A stretch of DNA of 62,993 nucleotides, the filler included, from Lenisia limosa (taxonomy: Eukaryota; Protista; Breviatea): assembly GCA_001655205.1 (NCBI GenBank). It is 11 parts of 11 records of this genome, joined end to end, with 100 filler letters (N's around TTAATTAATTAA, not from the genome) between each part and the next. Parts side by side here need not be neighbours in the genome. Positions count along the whole stretch, not along the records: positions 1 to 12,587 come from LPNZ01008782.1; positions 12,688 to 27,901 come from LPNZ01002591.1; 9 more parts are not named here. One strand, 5' to 3'. A model generated the notes under the pieces. That model had not been told where the DNA came from. It worked only from the letters and a program-made list of their open reading frames with translations, and did not search any database. Both the position numbers and the translations under genes were made by a program. How positions within the stretch are numbered: position 1 is the stretch's first letter; every line of letters starts with the position of its first letter. Shown piece after piece: positions 1 to 12,758 of the stretch.

Positions 1-167
1 ATTAATGTTTTTGGCTTTGCTTATCTGTGATCATTGCCATTCTTTTCAATAATTCATACACAATTACATCTATTGAGGGATTTTTTGAACCATCAGCATA
101 TCGATATAAAAGGTTCATATCGTGGTATGAATTTATTCATTTTACACTGATTTGTTAATATTATTAG

Positions 168-3100
168 GTCTTTGGCAGCCTTCACTGATATGGCTAAGCT
201 CCAGGAGGTATGTCCCATGGGGATTGTTCTTTGTATGCCATGATAGAAAAACTCTGATCATTTTTGTTACGTAACAGTTATCACCTTTTCAGTCAATGCT
301 GCAAGAACCACAAAGTTATCAGCAGGTTGGAAGAGGATGTGGTCTACTTTTTTTCCAATAACCCCCCTTTTTTTTGTTGTTGTACTTTTTCACGCCATTT
401 TTTTTTTTTTGACCAATCCAGACCGTTCCAGCAGTATGGGATGTCANNNNNNNNNNNNNNNNNNNNNNNNNNNNNNNNNNNNNNNNNNNNNNNNNNNNNN
501 NNNNNNNNNNNNNNTCTAGTTGCAAGTACCGCCATTGTTACCAATATGGTAAGTAGGTACTTTTAGAACTAAGATGGTTTGGTATCAATTGCTCTATGAA
601 TGTAACTAGACTTATACCTCGTGGTAAAATGGTACTCTATTCCAACTGCGGGCATAATATAATCATGTATACCTCGCCAATACGCTGTAAATCTCATAAT
701 GTAGCTGTAATTTTGGAGCATTCTAAATTGCAGGTTGAGTTGTGTTTCTTGACATTTTTGACCAATACTATGCATATGCTTTCATTCCCCTCATTGTAAT
801 TTGTCTTGCCCTCCGAAAAGTCACCCCCGTAGATTCCTCAAGCAAAAGCCTACATGGCTCTACGAAGACATAACCCTGAAATATCTGCTGAATTGGTTGA
901 GGTGGGTCTTCTAATTATTGTTCTTAAAGCTTTAAAGGGTACTTTCAATCATTAAAAATTGATTCCCAGCGTTTATTTTGTGTGTATTTTTGGTGATATT
1001 TACAGCAAGCATAATCTTTTCGTTAAGCTTAATATCCTTTATTCTGTTTTCAAGCTGCTTGTCTGACTGGGGTTTATTGACGATTCTAGATGGACGTTTC
1101 TCTGGAGAAAATATTTGAGCGCGAGTCTCTTCGTCTGGTCTATACCGCAATAGAGCGGGGTGAAATTAAGAATGCCATTGATACAACAAGGTTGGTGTCG
1201 GAGGGAAAGTGTGATAAAATCTATTCAGATTGTTGGGTGAATTTCAATTTTATATAATTTAATATCGCTTCTAAGCGTGGTGTTGACATCTTTGGCCAGA
1301 AATGCCATCTTGTTTCATCTCTCATCTCTACAAATTATGTACTCAAATTTCAACGATTCTCATTCCACGTAGAGCTGCTAATTTACCTGAAACGACCCCC
1401 CTCGCCGCCGCACTTATGACATACGACCCCAACGTGCGAAATAACGGAATCCGGGCTGCAATGACAGTGTCCCGGGTGCCCAAGGGACTATTGAAAGCTG
1501 CTGATGCGTTATCCAAGGCTTACCCACAGCAGTCGGTCCTGAAAGCGTTAGAAATCCGGAGAAAGCAGCATAAACCTTTAGTAGACAACTCGTTTGAAGA
1601 CCCATTGGACTACCCTCCAAGCTCCCTCCCGCCTCCAGTTGACATCCAAGACTGCCCCTGGAGTGGTAATACGCCCAAGTCAGACTCGACCCTTTACCTT
1701 CCCTTCACCCTTGTGAATGCCAGCGGGTGGAAAGAAGACGATGTTGAAGCGGCATTGCGATTTGCGAACCTTGTGAACGAAGATACAGGCCTTGACCTTT
1801 CCAGTCCATCCGAACTTGCCATATCGGGACATTATCTTGAAGCTGCCCACGCGATACATTCTCTGCCCCATCACAAACGAGTGGCCGAAGCCGGTATAAT
1901 CGCTCAGTTTCCGCCAGGCATGGTGAAGGAGACACTTGCATTAGCCTTGGCTTCTCATGGACTATATATCTCCCTCTCCAGTACCAAAACTGACAAAATT
2001 CTTGTGGATGAAGTAATCTTTTTACTGAGTCGCCTCGGGAAGCTTTTTTCACCGGAACCCATTCCAGGCTTAGATAGGAAGATCATCCATCGCCATATGG
2101 TAAGCGGGAATATAGTAATGGATTATTAATCCAAATTGACTGAAGAATATCACATTTTTCAGTGATTATCGAACAATCTGCTCTTCGTTTTGAGGGCTGA
2201 CTAAATCCCTGGTTGCTTCATACTGTATTGAAGATCTGATTTCACATTTATTATGTGAAAATTATTCACTTGCTTGCCATTATCCTCCTTCTCCCGTCAT
2301 CTTTCAGCTCGAAAGATCCATCAATTCCTGCAATCCTCTTCTTCTTTGGAATTACATTCAAGCCACCAACATAGGTGCAGGCTCTGAACGTAAGGCTGGG
2401 ATGGGGTGTCCATTGTGTTAAGGCTGTGCTTGGATCAATGTTACATCTTGAAATAAAATTGTGGAATGTTTTTCTTCGTCTTGGGGTTTTTGTATGTGTT
2501 TTCCTGTTTCAATTCCCCATTTCTACAGTTACAAAAGAAATCCCCTTTTACATTTCCAGAATTCCTGAAAGCTCTTGAAATGGACAGGCCGGATCCCACT
2601 TGGCCAGCCTGGGTGATGGCCGTGTCAACAGCTTCCAACCCTGACACTCGAGAACATAATCTCAACCTCATTACCGTCATTGCCGAAGCTTCTCAAAAGA
2701 AACACATCGGTAAGTTTTAGCTCAAAGTCATTATTGGGGGTTTTTACTTCAGCTTCAGTCTACTTTTGTTATTACAATTTAACCCAAAAACACGGCTCTC
2801 AAGAACTATCTATTCTCCTCCTTGTGACACTCTTTTTCTCTCTATTATACATTGAGCTTCACTTCGGTTCGAAAGAAACCGGTAAAGTATCGATAGTTTT
2901 CGAGGATTTATCGGAATTCAGTCTTCTTTTTTTTAACCGGAGTTAAGCTCTAATTATATGATATATATGTACATGTTAGTACTTTTTTTAATCAGCATTA
3001 GGTAATAATACGGCGGAAGCGGTCACATGGGCCTTGGAAGAGGGTCGTCTAAGCCTAGTCGTATCCACAGCTGCTCTGCGTAACCCTGGAGAGACTACTC

Positions 3101-6100
3101 GGATTATTCGCAGCCCTAAGGGGGACCGGTACCTCTATCCTATTCTTGATAAGGTGCGATTATTTACTGGAACATAAAAACATTTTTATAATTGTATTTG
3201 TTGAAAAATGCTTAAAACAAAAGCGTAACTGATAAAAAAAACGCTCCAATGAGTCATAATTCTGTTTGCCTCTTATGGTTAAATATTTTACACGTTCCAA
3301 AATTTTATTGACCGTGAGAACCGCTTCTTATCTTATTTGATACAGAATTTACCGAGGTACACTGCTGACGAATATAAGTCCAGTCCAATGATTTCCAATT
3401 CAGATACACAAAGGTCAACATCCATCTCTCCCTTTGTATTTGTCTTCATGTGCTCTAATACGAAATTGGCATTCTATTTCTCAACCTTTATCACACTTAA
3501 GACTGCTTTTGCAAGCAATATTTTTATCGATCTGTATCACTCTATCTCTGTCTCATCATTATTCTAAGTTACCTTTTGCAGCCTTCGCCGCTTCTACTTC
3601 AAAGACTCCCCAATTGACAGGGCCCTTCACGGTTCATCCAAAGATACTGAGCCGTTCGAACAGCCACTTTGTGACTTAACAACAAGAGAAAAAGACACGT
3701 CAGCGGTTGCACTTCTGAATCTTCACAGTAACACAAATTATGATTTCGGGCCCGGGTCCCTGGGTCACACCTTGGTTACCTCTGGTCCGGACAGTGTACC
3801 TTCCTTGGCTCCTCCTCTTATGAACTTTTTCAAGTTCTATTTGGAGCAAGGCAAACACTCACTTGCACTCGATGAACTTTGTGGGGCGGGAATGCCACTG
3901 GAGTTATCCAAAAACAAAGCACGTGACACTATGAACTGGACTATCGATACTGCAATTAGTTCCTTCCCGAACCCTGCAGTTCTCCCAGCGTGCGTTATTG
4001 TTGCCGACGAGCTTGCTAAAAATCATCCAAAAGCTTCCGATATTCCTCTCCCGATCTTCAGAGCTGTTTTGGCCGGAGTTGAAATGGCTCATACCGGTGG
4101 TGTGGCTTCTGAAAGTGAACTCGCACAAGTTCTCGAGGATTTGCTCAAAAGGAAAACGGGATCGTTTGGTGATGAGTGGGTTTCACCTGTGCCTGCTGCT
4201 ACTCAGCTTTGTCGCTTCATGGAGAAAGCTGCCTTGAAGCTGTGCACAAACAAAGGTGGGGTACCTTGGATTTGAATCACTTTCTGGTCTTAGTTTCCGC
4301 TTTTGGTAAAACAGGACTTTTTACGTTCTAGATTACGACTGGTCTGATGTGTGGTCAGCGATTGCGCACTTTTGCCAACTTACAGGGGCCAAGGCGGACC
4401 CCTGTCCCGCCGTTTTTCCTGACTTTGTTGCCAGTGTATGTTATATGCCTCCAATAGCTTATTGTCATCATATCTCCGTCCACACCATCATATCATCATA
4501 TCTCCATCCACACCAGTATATCTCTGCGCAAACATTATCCATTCCATCTGTATTTTTAAATGTGCACAGCCAATATTTTTAAAGTTTGAAGTATCCTAAT
4601 GAAAAGGCAATAGCATTAACACATGACATCTATCAATCAGCTCTTCAGTTGAAGCATTGGTTCAGCCTCTCTTCACTCAGCTAGGATCGTAATAGTTGGA
4701 TCCCCGCCATCATTGCAGCGGATGCCATGGACTTTTCCCCTGAACAAACTGTCCATTTATTCAATGAATTAGGTGCACCAGAAGTGGGGGGGGGGGCAAC
4801 TGTTTAACGGGTAATTAACTAACATATGTTGCATTTAAACCCTTTTAGAACTATCCTAGCATGTCGGGGCTGAGTTTCTTTTTAGATATGTTTGTTTTCA
4901 TAATCATTATTGTGTATTACACTATTGACTTGCCTGACAGTGGACATATTTTATTGTACAACTTGTATGTCCTTTCTTTTTTTACTGGGATGCTTGGCTG
5001 CAGAAGCGACTCTCCCGGGCTTATTTTGTTGCTGTCGTCATCCCTCGTGTGTTATCAGCCAAAGAAGTTGATTTTTGGCTTTTCTTTGTATCATAATTTT
5101 TTCAATTTAACTCCCCCCCCCCCCCNNNNNNNNNNNNNNNNNNNNNNNNNNNNNNNNNNNNNNNNNNNNNNNNNNNNNNNNNNNNNNNNNNNNNNNNNNN
5201 NNNNNNNNTAATTCCTGATCCGCACAAGTTAAAAAAGGGGGTTGAAGTAATGGAGGTTGTGGATTGGGCAGTTAAGTCGCAAAACTCTGCTGCCTACTTA
5301 TGTGCAGCAGCCGAATCTACGCGGAACACCTTCTTTGTCTCTCTTGCTGCCAGCCTGCGTCCACGTCCTTCGCCAAGCCTGCTTCTGGCGTCATGGGCTA
5401 AGTCCTTCGCGCTCTCGCAGCTCCCCGTTACACGGGAAACCAACCCGCTCATAGTGGCAAAACTTCCGACTTCTCTGACCACTTCTCTGGACCCGGCAAA
5501 CTCTTCGGACCCGAATATCCGGGACTTTACCCTTTGGCTTGCCGGAAACTGCACCGATGTTGGCCTGCTCCAATTGATCCACGGAATGAAGGTCCTCTTC
5601 CCCCATTCAGCGTTGTTGCCTGTGGCGTGTGCGTGTCGCGCCATAACGCTCTTTACGTGGCACGACGTTGGCCCTTTGCTGGACTCTACAACCGCGATCC
5701 TCTTCAGCCAAACTGCTGACGAGGGCGACACCGGCGTGACAGAGCCTTTTGAAATTGCTGTCGTTCTTGGCCTGATTTCAAAGATGATCTGGTCTACCAT
5801 AGGTTTGCGGTGAACATCATTGCTCATACATTGACAATTTTTATCCAACATTTTATCAAGTCTGCGATGTTTGAATCTGAATTTTTGAAAAGGCATTAAT
5901 TATCTTTTTCAGATATTCTCCTCTCAACTGCCCCTCGCAAACGCGCCGAATTTCTTTTAAATCAAATTGCAAAGTACCTTGCGGAATTCAAGGTTCTTTT
6001 GCCTCAAAACAGAACCGCGTTTGGCTCGATTTCTGCATTGGAGCTCGAGGAGGTGAGTTTTCGCTAGAGCTTCACTTCGGTTCGAAAAATACCAGTAAAA

Positions 6101-9100
6101 TATCGATAATTTTCGAAGATTTATCGAGAAATTCAGTTTTGTTTGAAACCGAAGTGAATCCCTGGTTGGCACTAAAGCATCACTTTCGGATCTGGTTTTG
6201 GGTTTTTTTATTATTATTATTATTATTTTTACATAGAACCGGGAACCGAAATCAAGTATTTGAGAACGGTATATAATGGGGGGGGGGGTCTCTAACGGTA
6301 CCAAATCCTTGACGATAACTGTACAAGCTGTAGTGAGAAGAAGTATTTAGAAAATCCATGACTAATACTGCCTTTAGGTTGCCGACTTTACGAAGATCCT
6401 CAGTGTCGATGCTATTTCGGAAGCTCTCTTGGACCAAGGCTGTTATGAAGAGGCAGTTCGTCTTGTTCCTCAAAGGGGAATGCAAATACGTGCGTCTTTG
6501 CAGGTCTGCACTGGGTTATTATTAGGGCTTCACCCTGCTCCCCATTGTTATCTTATCGAAAATTCATTATTTGTTTTTGTAACCGTAGTAAATTCTTTGT
6601 TATTCAAAAAGACTGTATTCGCGATACATCCATGGTATTTATCAATATATTCTTTGTCTGAACTGAAAGTGAAGCTCTTTTTTAGGCATCGCTAATTCTT
6701 TTGTTGTTATTTATGAGTACAACTTATTGGATTTTGAAATTGAATTATAATGTTTGACCTCTCCAATATTACCTTCAAGACACTATTGTCCAGCATTCAA
6801 ACTCGTTTTACTCATTTTCTTACGTGACGCTCTAGACTGTTTCTATCCTCAGTGACCTGATTACGGACCCTCTTGATCCTCACTCATTTGTGTGCGTTCG
6901 AAGCGCGTCTAAAGTATTCGGAGAATGCCAATGCCCTCCGGAAATCTCGGCCATCTGGTACCTGAGGAGGGTCTTCGCGGTTGTCAAAAATGCTGAGTCA
7001 TGTGGTGAGCTCGTCTCTCTATCCTCTTTTTTACTCCCCCCTCTACCCTCAATATGCTCTATCCTCAATATCCCCTCTCTTTCACGTTTTGTATCCAGAG
7101 TATATATTTTAGTTGAATACAAAATAAAATATATACTGTGACACAATAAGTCATATTAATACAGAGGGGAGGGAGAGACTTGTAACATATTCTTACTTTT
7201 TGGTAATCGATTTCTAACTTAAATAAGGAGAAAAACATCACGTTGTCCGAATTGCAAAGCTGCTGGCGGAGGCGCTGAAATATCTGAAGCAATGCAACAA
7301 AATGTCGAGATTAGGTTGGGGTAACTTAGAGCTTCACAACGGTCTGGTGAAGGATTTATCCTGAATTGATTCCGACGTCATTGTCGACGTTTTTATTACC
7401 TAATAAAATATTGAATAACTATTTCGGAATGCGCTTCTGTATATGAAAGTCTTGTTTTTGCAGATGGTATCGCTGTGTATCAATTTGTTTTCCCTGAGAT
7501 TATATTTCATGTTTATATAATATATAAATATGATATACTGTATCATCTTATTATTCTTGCTTTCACAACATTTTTCAGATAGTCTGGGTGGATTAGACCC
7601 ACTGTCCCCGGTCATCATTGAAAAGCTGCCAATCGACCTGGCTCTGCGAGTCACGGAATCCGGTATGGGTCTGTATTGAACAGATAAGTTAGCCGAGAAA
7701 CAGAGATTGCAAATGAGAGCATGTATAAAGCTCTGTTCTATAATAACGGGGGAAACAGAATCAAAAGAGCATTATGATAAGCACGAACAGTTGCCTAAGC
7801 TACTCTTCAAACACCTCTTTGTATGCATTTTTTAAGATATTTTACATTGTCACAATAGTGTTATTGTTTCTGTATGTGTGTTGCAATAAATGACATTTCT
7901 CCTGATTCTGTAGCGCTTGAGGCAGCCTTAATCTGTTCCCACTCCGTCCGAGCGGACCCCCAAATTTCTTCTGAATTGAAGTGGGACTATATGCCGTTTT
8001 CTTTTAAAAAAATTTGTACAGATACTGCATATGATGTATGATACTATATACTTTTCATCTTATATAATATCACATGCCCAGACTCCTCACAACACCTGCA
8101 AAGCCCTCAGCATTCCAGCAGTTCTTCCCAAAATCGACTGTCGACCTTGATGACTTCTCAATTGTTTGCTGACGACTATATCATGTTTTGTAAACTGCCC
8201 GATACGAGCACCAAATACTTTTTCTTTTTTTTTCTTTTTTTTTTTTTTCAGTTGTACTCTGTGTTGAAACCACACTTTTTTAAGATTTTAATTATCACAA
8301 TGGGCCATTACGTCCTGCTCTCTTGATATGATCAATGCAATTATTTTACCCCAAGAACTCGGTGATACTTCATTACAACCCAGCTTGACACACTTATTGA
8401 GTCATCGGACCAGCCACCAGCCCTGGTTGTTCAGACCTTTGCTGGGCATATTAGGAACTTCCTGGCAGAAGAGTCCTCGGAGTTACCCGACGTTGATGTG
8501 CACACTCCAGGTGGGTGTGTATTTAAGAGCACATTCGGTTCCAAACGGTATATTAAATGTTGATATTTATCGAGGATGAGTTTTTGTGGGCTCTTGTATT
8601 TTTTAAAGAAGAAAAGGTCATCTTACCAAAGTCTTCCCTACTGGAACCAATAAGAGCTTCCTTAATTAGAGCCCAATAGTGATATTTTATTATTTCTATT
8701 TTTCACGCTCTTTTTATTGATTTTCAAGGCGCGCTTCTCACGGAAGGCCCTTATGATTTGCTTTTTGGCATTGTTCTTGGTACCCTACATAACGGCATGG
8801 AATGGGTCAACACGCACATCAGAATCGCAAGAGAAGTTGCAGAAAAAACTGGAAAAGACTTTTCAATGGATTCTTCTGACATGCTTGATGTTTACTTGTA
8901 AGCGGGAGATTTATCTGTTGTTTAGACTTTCTTCTTCGGAACTACACTGTTTTGTTTAGTTTTGTACTGGCTTTCTTTTTAGCTTTTCTCACAATCTCTA
9001 CTGAGCTGTTGCTTTTCTCTTGTTTGTGAAATCCTGAAATACAAATAAATACATAGGGATAACATGAAGAGAAATTACCATATTTCTGTGTCTCTTCAAA

Positions 9101-9167
9101 TTTCACTCTTTCAGAGCCGTTCAAGACCTCAGCTCCGGCGAGAGATCAAGGGGAGATTACTCTGAAG
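168..9167 (+). CDS. SPG11: Spatacsin (SPG11)-like protein, multi-exon; 5' end before the window, 3' end lost or divergent at the gap near 9260
   Basis: About 25 GT-AG exons spliced by eye, including ORFs 1372-2099, 3772-4260 and 5250-5810. Segments follow remembered spatacsin order: DWSDVWSAIAHFCQL, DRNSWIPAIIAADAMDFSPEQ, LIHGMKVLFPHSALLPVA, ILLSTAPRKRAEFLLNQIA, ALLDQGCYEEAVRLV, SASKVFGECQCPPEISAIWYL, LLTEGPYDLLFGIVLGTLHNGMEWV. Family call is from recalled similarity, not a search. Confidence 0.7.
2852..2952. mobile_element. hAT-type MITE family 1A copy in an SPG11 intron
   Basis: GAGCTTCACTTCGGTTCGAAA...TTTTAACCGGAGTTAAGCTCTA; flanks attataca/attatatg (6/8). Confidence 0.75.
6065..6164. mobile_element. 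hAT-type MITE family 1A copy in an SPG11 intron
   Basis: TAGAGCTTCACTTCGGTTCGAAAA...GAAACCGAAGTGAATCCCTG with the shared core. Confidence 0.8.
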
Positions 9168-9404
9168 GTGTGTGAAAGAAGAACTCAGAGAAATATCATA
9201 TTTTCAAAAAAAAAATAACACTTCACTTTCTATTTATTTATAATTATTATTATTATTANNNNNNNNNNNNNNNNNNNNNNNNATCAGGTCGTCTTCAAAC
9301 AGATATCAATGTTAAAAAATGAAAATGATAATGAAAAATAACTCGAATTTTTCCGCTATCCAATGAAACGTCCACTGTCGCATGGAAAGCGGAGTCATAT
9401 GACT

Positions 9405-10850
9405 TCACAATGCAAAAGAAAAAATAATCGTTGCAAGAATAATAGTTCCGAAAATATTCCGGATTTGACAGTCCGGCTTCTTCAGCTTCTGTAGCATTTC
9501 AAGCCGGATTTCATGGAACTTGATCCTGTGTTGCAAAGACCTTTCTGATTCAAACAATGTTGAAGGTATACAAGCATGAAAGCAGAAAAACTGTGCTACA
9601 ATCTCCAATATTCTTGCTCCGTTTGATCACGTGATCTGCCATTTCTTCGGAAAGTTCAGCCCATTTATCAACAGAAAGCATCGAAAAGGATTCACCTCGA
9701 AGACACTCCAGGCACAACTCAAGAGTCAGCTGATCGTGATTGAACTGAAGAATTAATTGAAGAAATTCCTAACTTTGCTTCCCAATTCCTTTTCGACAGC
9801 CTTCTTAAGTGGGACCTCTTGGTTGAGTTCCTTTTGGTAAGCCATAGAGTCTTGATACAATTCGTCCTAAACATGAGTTGAGAGGAAAACAAAGACGGAA
9901 ACTCAATGGCGGAGTATACTGTTTGAACATCATGGACTTATCAAAGAGAAAATTTGCCATTGCACTGAACTCGCGATACATCTCGATAAGTTTGTCAAAA
10001 GTCCGCGCAATTTGCTCACTTGGGCATTTTGGTTGTCAATTTTTGAGGGAAATCTACGATGGTGGAGAACTTCAAATTTATCTGAAAAATGCTGCCTTCC
10101 CAGTAGCATCTGAAAATGATTGACAATCACTTTGACCGACTCCATGTCGGACATAGTAGAAATCACCAAGTGCCAACATTAGGGAATGAGCTATGCAGTT
10201 ATAACACGAAACTAATCAATAAAAAACAAAGTATGTTATCCGCTCTAACGAAATGACATTGTGTCCGACACTAACTCCTCGTTTAGAGCCATGTCGGCAC
10301 ATTTGGAAGGCGTAATCTGTAATTGCCATTAGAACATTATTGTTGTGTCAAAATCAACAGAATGTTTCAAGTTTTAGATAATTTAGGTAGCATTTGCATT
10401 AAATCTATTGCCGAATGTAGAACGGTCGAGTCGTTGGGGCCGTACTTTTCGTTGTCGCGGCTGATGAGGCCAAATGCCAGATCGGGCTCGCGGCAGGACG
10501 CTGACCCAACAAGCCACACTGCCCAGACAACGCTGAACTTCCGGCGGTTGAGTACAGCCGTCATTCCGCTGGTAAAGTTCATCCATGGTGGCCTCCATCC
10601 ACGCTATAGCAGACAGCGGCAACAGACTAGACGTTCTCATTGGCCCGCTGTTTGGTGTCGGTCGACTCCGGCCGGCGTCGTCAGGTCGGTGCAACACATA
10701 CCTTCAATAAGCAATACTTACAGCAGACATCCACCGGAAAGCCTTGCTTCTCCTTAGAACGGTTTTTGGTATAAAACCTGACTGGCACCTTGAACTCCGC
10801 TGTCAACTTCTTGGCGAGGGCTTAAAGGCCCGTGGCGTACTGGAGAAGAT
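9405..10850 (-). CDS. Hypothetical multi-exon protein, convergent with SPG11
   Basis: Minus-strand splice sites (gtaagt at ~10718; tttag and cttcag acceptors) flank open segments such as DELYQDSMAYQKELNQEVPLKKAVEKELGSK and FNHDQLTLELCLECLRGESFSMLSVDKWAELSEEMADHV. Exon phases not fully resolved. Confidence 0.4.
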
Positions 10851-11078
10851 AAATCAACTCCATGACTGAAAGGTCAATGTCCATTAAGGTGGTACCCCCT
10901 CTAGTTCCCCACCCCAAACCTAAATGATTCACCACAACCACCCTCCAACCTTAAACAATTCATGTACGCCTGGTCTGGGCTTTGTTTGTTTTGTTGTTAT
11001 CAATTGTGTTGTCAGCCAACGAGTACATTTTGAGCTTTTTTTGTTTCATAAGTTTTTCCCTATTTACTCACCTCCTTA

Positions 11079-11796
11079 GGAGTTGTTGGTAGAATCCTCG
11101 GTTCCCTAGGCACTTCCGCCCCCACAGCCTCAAACCTCTCTGAAAACCACAGAGTTGGCATCATTATTAGTTTTTTTTTATGGAAAAAAATATCTTCAGT
11201 ATATCAAGGAAAATATAAGAACACATAGAAATACCATAAATAAATCACCCTAAATCTCGCGGGACTATAATATACAACATATTATAAACTACATATATTA
11301 TATACTATTACATGATATAATCCCCCCAGGCGGCCATATCCTTGACTCAACGAGCCGGACCAGCAGGGCCTTCATGCCGACGACTATGCGCACATCTCCG
11401 CCCCGCTGCCGTCCTAGGCGCCTCCGTCGTCGATATTCGGTGCGGGAAGGGATATTTTAAAAGCGTGGTTCCCTCGTCTACATTTCCTCTTTTCCTCACC
11501 CCCTTCCAGACCTTGAAATAACCCGAGCCAACGAAGTTGATTGACACTTTCTGCTTGATTTTCCAATTTACTCCACCTCCCCCTTATCATCCATATTTCC
11601 TTTGTTTCTAAAACAGTATTTCCCCCACCCCAGACCTATCATATAATACCCCCAGGGAGCAACCGCCAGCCCAGGTATTCATGAGGCTCTTGGCAGGAGG
11701 GCAGAAAGGCGGCGCGGGATCCTTTATTCCGACAGATTCGCTCAAACCCGCGCGGTCCTTCGTTCTCACCCCTCCGCCTCCATCATCACCAGTCAG
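11079..11796 (+). CDS. Possible coding exons of a hypothetical gene running into a gap
   Basis: GC-rich blocks bounded by ccttag/ccccag acceptors and gtgcgg/gtatgc donors; reading frame ambiguous. Confidence 0.25.
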
Positions 11797-11957
11797 TATG
11801 CGGGGGGGGGGGGGGGNNNNNNNNNNNNNNNNNNNNNNNNNNNNNNNNNNNNNNNNNNNNNNNNNNNNNNNNNNNNNNNNNNNNNNNNNNNNNNNNNNNN
11901 NNNNNNNNNNNNNNNNNNNNNNNNNNNNNNNNNNNNNNTTTTGCGGGAGTGGGGGAT

Positions 11958-11966
11958 ATTATTGTT

Positions 11967-12002
<36 letters not shown>

Positions 12003-12023
12003 ATTGTTGTTGTTGTTGTTGTT
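11958..12023. repeat. (TTG)n microsatellite
   Basis: About 20 TTG/TTA units. Confidence 0.95.
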
Positions 12024-12587
12024 TAATTTATTTCATTTATTTATTTCATTTTATTCGGGGGAGATGTGTATTATATATGTATATGTGGGTCCTCAAAGCT
12101 CCAGACATCATTCAAAATTCCCGGACACATCAAAACTCCCTGACAGCTTGAAGTTGACATAGGCCATTGCTAGTGTTTTTTGAAAAAATGCTTCGACAGA
12201 TACATAGAGAAATGGACCNNNNNNNNNNNNNNNNNNNNNNNNNNNNNNNNNNNNNNNNNNNNNNNNNNNNNNNNNNNNNNNNNNNNNNNNNNNNNNNNNN
12301 NNNNNNNNNNNNNNNNNNNNNNNNNNNNNNNNNNNNNNNNNNNNNNNNNNNNNNNNNNNNNNNNNNNNNNNNNNNNNNNNNNNNNNNNNNNNNNNNNNNN
12401 NNNNNNNNNNNNNNNNNNNNNNNNNNNNNNNNNNNNNNNNNNNNNNNNNNNNNNNNAGTGTTAAGAAACAAAAATTTGTACCCCTCGGAGTAATTGGTTC
12501 CGGGGTCCCATTTGCTTTGGCTATGTTATGGTGAATTTTGAGGAAAAAATGCTAAAAATAGCACTGTCTACAGGGGTAAACTTTCCC

Positions 12588-12687
12588 NNNNNNNNNNNNN
12601 NNNNNNNNNNNNNNNNNNNNNNNNNNNNNNNTTAATTAATTAANNNNNNNNNNNNNNNNNNNNNNNNNNNNNNNNNNNNNNNNNNNN
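12588..12687. other. Artificial scaffold spacer
   Basis: 44 N + TTAATTAATTAA (stops in all six frames) + 44 N. Confidence 0.95.
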
Positions 12688-12758
12688 GGGGGGTATTATA
12701 CGCTGTTGTTATTGTATTTGTTTTTTCTTCCATTGAGCCGTTTTTGTTTACACTTCAG

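Noticed and set aside
5294-5896. 200-aa minus-strand ORF (and similar ones at 27384-27857, 31429-31821 and 53397-54071)
   Set aside because: These are antisense shadows of well-supported plus-strand exons with canonical splice sites.
9405-9608. ORF with ACIPSTLFESERSLQ resembling the hAT transposase dimerisation motif
   Set aside because: The resemblance is a few residues only, no DDE core was found nearby, and the region is better explained as exons of an ordinary spliced gene.
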